DNA from: Chrysomallon squamiferum
Lineage: Eukaryota > Animalia > Mollusca
Assembly: GCA_012295275.1 (NCBI GenBank)
Contig: CM022671.1
Coordinates: 14,508,001-14,572,000 of the forward strand
Direction: 5' to 3'
Length of the DNA: 64,000 nucleotides
A model generated the notes under the pieces. The model was not told where the DNA came from, made no database searches, and saw only the letters and a program-made list of their open reading frames with translations. Shown piece after piece: positions 58,644-64,000 of the stretch; within the stretch, counting starts at the first letter, position 1, and every line of letters starts with the position of its first letter. Made by a program: the position numbers and the translations under genes.

Positions 58644-60995
58644 TTTATTATTTTATTTTTTTTTTTTTTTTATTGTTATTCATTCATTTATTTTTTAATT
58701 TTAATTTAATTTTATTGTATTTATTTTATTTTATTTATTTATTTTGTATTTATTTTGTATTTATTTTATTATATGTGTGTGTGTGTGTGTGTGTGTGTTT
58801 TTTTTTTGTTGTTGTTAAATTTAATTATTTCTCACAGATAACTGTTTGCACGCGAAGATAAAACTAGCACTGAGGTTTTCATAACCAGGATGATTCAGGA
58901 AGTTTCCAGCAAAGTAAAGTTTACAGTTGAAGTATGAACGATCTGCCAGATGTTTATTTACTTCACTGATGTAATAATATATGAGAAATGTAGAATGCGC
59001 TTTGTCAAAAAAGAATAGTTTACAACATTAACACTACATTTTGTGTTAATCGAGTCATACGCGCTCAGAATGTTTGTAATGTAAATGCGTCAGATAATTC
59101 GTTTCATTCTTAAAGAAATATTCACCACAGTAGTTCCAAGAAAACTTCCGAACTGTTTATAAATAATCAAACCTTGTCAGAAAGAACGTATATAATATTA
59201 TGTCTGCTTTATTTTGGTAGCAAAACAAAGAAACTGACTCCATGCATTTTAAAGGTAAAATGTTAGGTATACATGCAGTTATTGCAAATTGTATATACTA
59301 TATATATATACAGTCACAAAAGCTGATAATATCTCTCAATAATTTAGAATCATTTTTAGTCCGTATAAAGTAGTGTGAAATTTTTAAAGTGTTATCCAGG
59401 AATTTGTTAGTTCCACCTAGAATATAGAGATATCGTATGTATATTTTGTTATTATATATTCTCTCCCATTTATAACTATATCCATTATATGTTTTGAAGA
59501 TTTTACTAAAGTAGGTAATATAAACGCATACTATAAAGGTGTAGGGGAAAGAGCATCACTTTGTCTAAACCTCTTTATTCTGTTAGATTCTCCATTCATA
59601 ATTATTCATAATTATCAGATCCACTTCTTGAAAGAATGTTTTATAATTTAAAATATCTAGCATTTCTTCAGTAAATGACAACGAAAAAAACGTAAAAGGA
59701 TTTTTTTTTTTTTTTTTTTTGTTTTTGGTTTTTGTTTGTTTGTTTGTTTTTTTTTTTTTTTTTTTTTTTTTTGTTTTTTTGTATGATCTACTAAACAACA
59801 ACAATCCTTAAATTCTGTTTGCTTCTGTATTCTGCATTACACTCATAAATCAGGTTAATGTTTTAAGTCAGATACCGACTTTTAATGAAACATCAGTTTG
59901 ATATTTTGAGAATATTTGATCAAGCACATTTGTAGTTCTGTTTGCAATGTAGTCAGATACAATTTTGTATACACAGCTTAGAATCTGATAGGTAGCCAAA
60001 TTTTAAAAAGGTTATTTAGATCGTTTGGAATGTATAACAGTTCCTGGTTTTTGCTTTCTAGAAAGTTCGTTTATATAGTAACTACGGTTAATGGATCTCA
60101 TTTTTCACATTTCTAGTTTGTGAGTTTCTTTTCTTTCTGTTTACTTGTTTGCCTTAATATTTGTTCTTGTAATGATTATTTTTGTTATCTCATTTGTTTT
60201 GCTACAGAGGTTTATATATATATATATATATATATATAATGTTATTATAACACCACCTTCAAGATGAGTGATTCCGTATAACAAAACTATTTTTTGGTTT
60301 TTCCTCAGAGTGACGTGGCCCATAACAATTCTTTATTTTAACTGTTCTGATTAGTTATTAACATTTATTAACAAAATTACAATAGAAAAAAAAATAAAAA
60401 GCTGCAATATTAAATTCATCATAGTAAAAAATATTTTTTAGATTTAAAAAAGAATATATCATTATTATTTATTTATTTATTTTTATTTATTTATTTATTT
60501 ATTATTTCTGAATTATTATTATTATTATTTTATTTTATTTTATTTTTTTATTTTTTTATTTTTTTTAATTTTTTTTTTTCATATTTAGAGTATGAAAAGA
60601 ATTAGATATTCAGAGGTAAGTTTGGTTTTGGTTCTTAAAATATAAATAAATTTACAAAATTTTCAATGAAAATGAACCTTTTGCATATATCTTTTCTGTT
60701 ACATACATATTTATATTTTTAGCAGAATACAATTCAGTTTGGTTTGCTCAAATCATTTCTTTTCTTTTCTATATTTTTCGCTTTTTTTTTTTTTTTTTCT
60801 TCCAGCATTATTGAGATTTTTTATTTTTATTTTTATTTTCTGCAGTGTTGTTTACTAGATGCAAAAAAGAATTACACAAACAATCTTCTTGCGCATTTTG
60901 TGATCTGACATCAGATGTTTACTGTTACGAGTGAATATTCCTAATGAAGGCTCCATTGATTTACTTTATGTCAGATGTACAATAATAATAATAAT

Positions 60996-61050
<55 letters not shown>

Positions 61051-61484
61051 GTGATAATAATAACAATTATAATAATAAATCATTTAAATAGTCATAGGCA
61101 CATGTATAGGTGTGTGTGTGTGTGTGTGTGTGTGTCTTTCATTTCATATAAAATAATTTTTATTAATATATTAAATCTCCCTTAAAATCTTTATAAAATA
61201 ACATTTTATTACCAAACTTTAAGTATCTGAGGAAAAAACATTTTAAAAAGGTAGTGAGATTTAAAACTAAAGACTAAACTAAATATATAGATAACATCTA
61301 ATGACGTTTATAAGTTTAAAAATACAGTTCTGATTAGAAAACTGTAAATGACACAACAACAACTAAATTGTTTTTTAAGTCATTTTTAAAAAAGAAAAAA
61401 AATCATTGATTTTTATTTTTAATTAATTTTTAGTCAGAGTTTCTGTAACAGTTGAAATCTAATGAAGTGAAATGTTTTGAACAG

Positions 61485-61576
61485 GTCTGAGTGGAGGTGT
61501 GACCATGTTTCCAGGTTTTAGAGAGCGTTTTCAGTCCGAGCTGGTCAAACTGGCCCCACCCAATGTGCCAGTTGAA
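61485..61576 (+). CDS. Penultimate exon of a divergent actin-fold protein (LSGGVTMFPGFRERFQSELVKLAPPNVPVE)
   Basis: Colinear with actin [31 protein letters not shown]. Acceptor aacag| (in-frame TGA just upstream), donor GAA|GTAAGT, phase 0. Confidence 0.85.
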
Positions 61577-61864
61577 GTAAGTAAAACATGCTCTAGTACG
61601 TTTGGAAGATCTTTTACACATGCATCTAAACATGCTAATATCATAAATCATTTGTAGTGGTTATTAATGTAAAGCCATGTCTAAACATACTTTGTTTTCA
61701 GTTTCTTCTTTCAAAACTGTTTTTATTGTTGTATTCTTTCTTTTTTTTTCCATTCTTACAGTCCATATAAGGCTCTAATTGTATTATTGTAATAACTGGC
61801 CAGCAAATTTTTTTCTTTCTAACATTACTAATTATCATTACTTTACTTTTCTTTTGTATGTATA

Positions 61865-61898
<34 letters not shown>

Positions 61899-62069
61899 CC
61901 AACTTGATAGTTTTAATTTAAGTCTGTAAATGATATAAACAATTTATTGATAAGTGTTTTAAATTTATTATCCTACTGTATTCAGTGTTCAGTTTTTTAA
62001 ACGTTTCTGACTTATATATATTAAAAGTAAATATATATACATATTTTATATTCGTTTATAAATTACTAG

Positions 62070-62219
62070 TTTGCAGCACCTCAGAGATATCACGCAGCAT
62101 TCATAGGAGGCTGCTCAGTCGCAGGAATGGATGTGTTTGAACAGATGTGTATTTTGCGTGAGGGATGGCAAACTGATGGTGTCAAAAGTTTTAACAAATG
62201 GAAAGCACCAAAAGCTTGA
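62070..62219 (+). CDS. Terminal exon of the actin-fold protein (FAAPQRYHAAFIGGCSVAGMDVFEQMCILREGWQTDGVKSFNKWKAPKA*)
   Basis: Colinear with actin [37 protein letters not shown]. Acceptor attactag| in phase 0, stop TGA at 62217-62219, AATAAA at about 62368. Confidence 0.85.
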   Translation, partial: FAAPQRYHAAFIGGCSVAGMDVFEQMCILREGWQTDGVKSFNKWKAPKA

Positions 62220-62313
62220 ACCATTAAAAATGTCATATTTCAACATATCTGTCCAAAAATGTTAATTAAAGTGTTTGTATAATGATGTAATCAGATAGTT
62301 TAAATAATATTTA

Positions 62314-62344
<31 letters not shown>

Positions 62345-62810
62345 ACTGAGCAATAATCTTTACTAATAATAAAGTACAGCAACTTTCGAATAGTCTAATC
62401 AGTGTGATGTTGGTTTCCTTTCTTTATATTTCTGTATACATTTAAAAAGGACAGCACCCACACATTCTCATTATTTATTACTTTATTATTAAAGTTACTA
62501 TCACAGGAAACAATCTCGGAAGAATACAAAATATATTTCGCTATTTGTTCACAGAATGAAAATATATGTCACGTTATTTAATTAAGTAAAAAATTTGCCT
62601 ATCGTTCTAGAATCTGCGAATACTTTCTGTTGTTTATTGTAAATTATTGAGAAATAATATTAAATGAAGCCGATAATTCTGAAAATTATTTTACAGTGCT
62701 CATCTACAAGATGACATTATTTGTGGTAAATGTTATCATAAAACTTTGATAAAGTAAATTATTTTAGTGTGTTCATATTCATTTAAATCAGATTCATAAG
62801 CTTTTATTTC

Positions 62811-62881
<71 letters not shown>

Positions 62882-64000
62882 TTACAGCTGTTACTCAAAA
62901 TTAATTTTTTTACTTAATGGGTTATTGTTTGAGTTTTTTGTGGATTGTTTTTTAAAGTAAAGGTTTGATCTTGAAAGTCACAAACAAATATATGATCTTA
63001 TTTTCTCTGTCATATAAAGATAAATAAATTATGATAATGTTCAGTTCTTTTGGAATGAGTTTTTACCTTGCATTTTAAACTGAAATGAAAAACAATGATA
63101 GAATATTGTGTAAATTGTCTTTATTAATCCTTTTATATTATGATTTTAAAATAATTAAAATATTTCGTAAGTAGTGTTAGTATTTGCATGTATGAAAAAT
63201 TAAGTTAAGCAGCACAGAACATATCAGCACATGGATTTAGTCACAGAGAAATTGATTAGCAGACACATATATACATAAAAATATCTGCAATTTTAGTTCA
63301 TTAACTTTATTATTAACTGCGTAATAGTAGAACAAAATAAAATAATACTAATATGAATACAAGGAAAAACAAAATCACACAAACAAAAAAACAGACAGAT
63401 ATTACCTACACAAAATAAACATGTCACTAATAACATGTTAGATAATTTAAAGGTTTAGAACATATAAAAAATGACAGAAAAATATATGCAAATATACAGT
63501 CAAGAGAGATAAAGAATCATAAACTGAATAATTAGAAGATTTATAAATAAAGATTCAGTTGATTTACAGAATTGAAAATTTGTAAATTAGTTAATATACA
63601 ATTCAGTAGTTAATTAAAATACTGTGGTTGAAGAACTGGGTATACATGAAATTGGTTGTGTTCCTGCTGTTCAACAGTACATTCTTCTAATGCTTTTCAC
63701 TTGGCTTGTTTTAATTACTTATTATTCATATTTTAAAAATATTAATGAATATAATATATACACTTTTAAAAAAACAATTCTCTATTTCATGTAAAGCATA
63801 TCTGGGATCACCCAATAATTGATGTCTGTTTACACTCAGATCAAATAAAGCATTACTAACCTAAGTGAAATTTTGTGATTTTATTAATAGTCAAATGTCT
63901 TTCAAAACAGAACATAAACATAATAACTAAGGTAAAAAAAAAATATATTACCATTTAAATTATAGTAACATATAACATAGAAAGGTATGAATACTTCTAT

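Noticed and set aside
59583-59690. Possible minus-strand exon (EMLDILNYKTFFQEVDLIIMNNYEWRI*)
   Set aside because: Short and AT-rich, with a weak acceptor and no partner exon or homology recognised.
60846-60945. Weak actin-like words (LHK, CD, DIR..L) upstream of the actin-like exons
   Set aside because: It needs a frameshift, the spacing does not match actin, and there is no suitable donor. Probably chance.
61495-61502. Perfect T-box site AGGTGTGA
   Set aside because: It lies within the G-G-V-T codons of the actin-like exon and is explained by coding.

Overview
AT-rich, microsatellite-dense animal genomic DNA. It looks invertebrate, possibly mollusc-like, but the taxon cannot be fixed from the sequence. 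The main gene is a complete 7-exon Tbx1/10 (org-1-type) T-box gene on the + strand (CDS 16946-32654, 1386 nt, 461 aa, all introns GT-AG with consistent phases). To its left is a probable terminal coding exon of an unidentified gene (533-1328). To its right are two exons encoding the C-terminus of a divergent actin-fold protein (61485-61576, 62070-62219); the ORF track misses them and I could not find their upstream exons. The non-coding DNA alternates between simple-repeat spacers and 200-500 bp CpG-rich islands, many carrying YY1/Pho-type or Fox motifs. The most unusual observations are: (1) a perfect inverted copy of the Tbx1 intron 1/exon 2 splice acceptor 35 kb downstream, lying between two inverted copies of a MITE-like repeat; (2) a Tbx20/Tbx15-type eh1 motif at the N-terminus of a Tbx1 orthologue; (3) a strong-context uORF ending 4 nt before the Tbx1 ATG; (4) the orphan actin-like exons. 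I found no CRISPR array, rRNA or tRNA, and no novel multi-gene system can be proven from the sequence alone.
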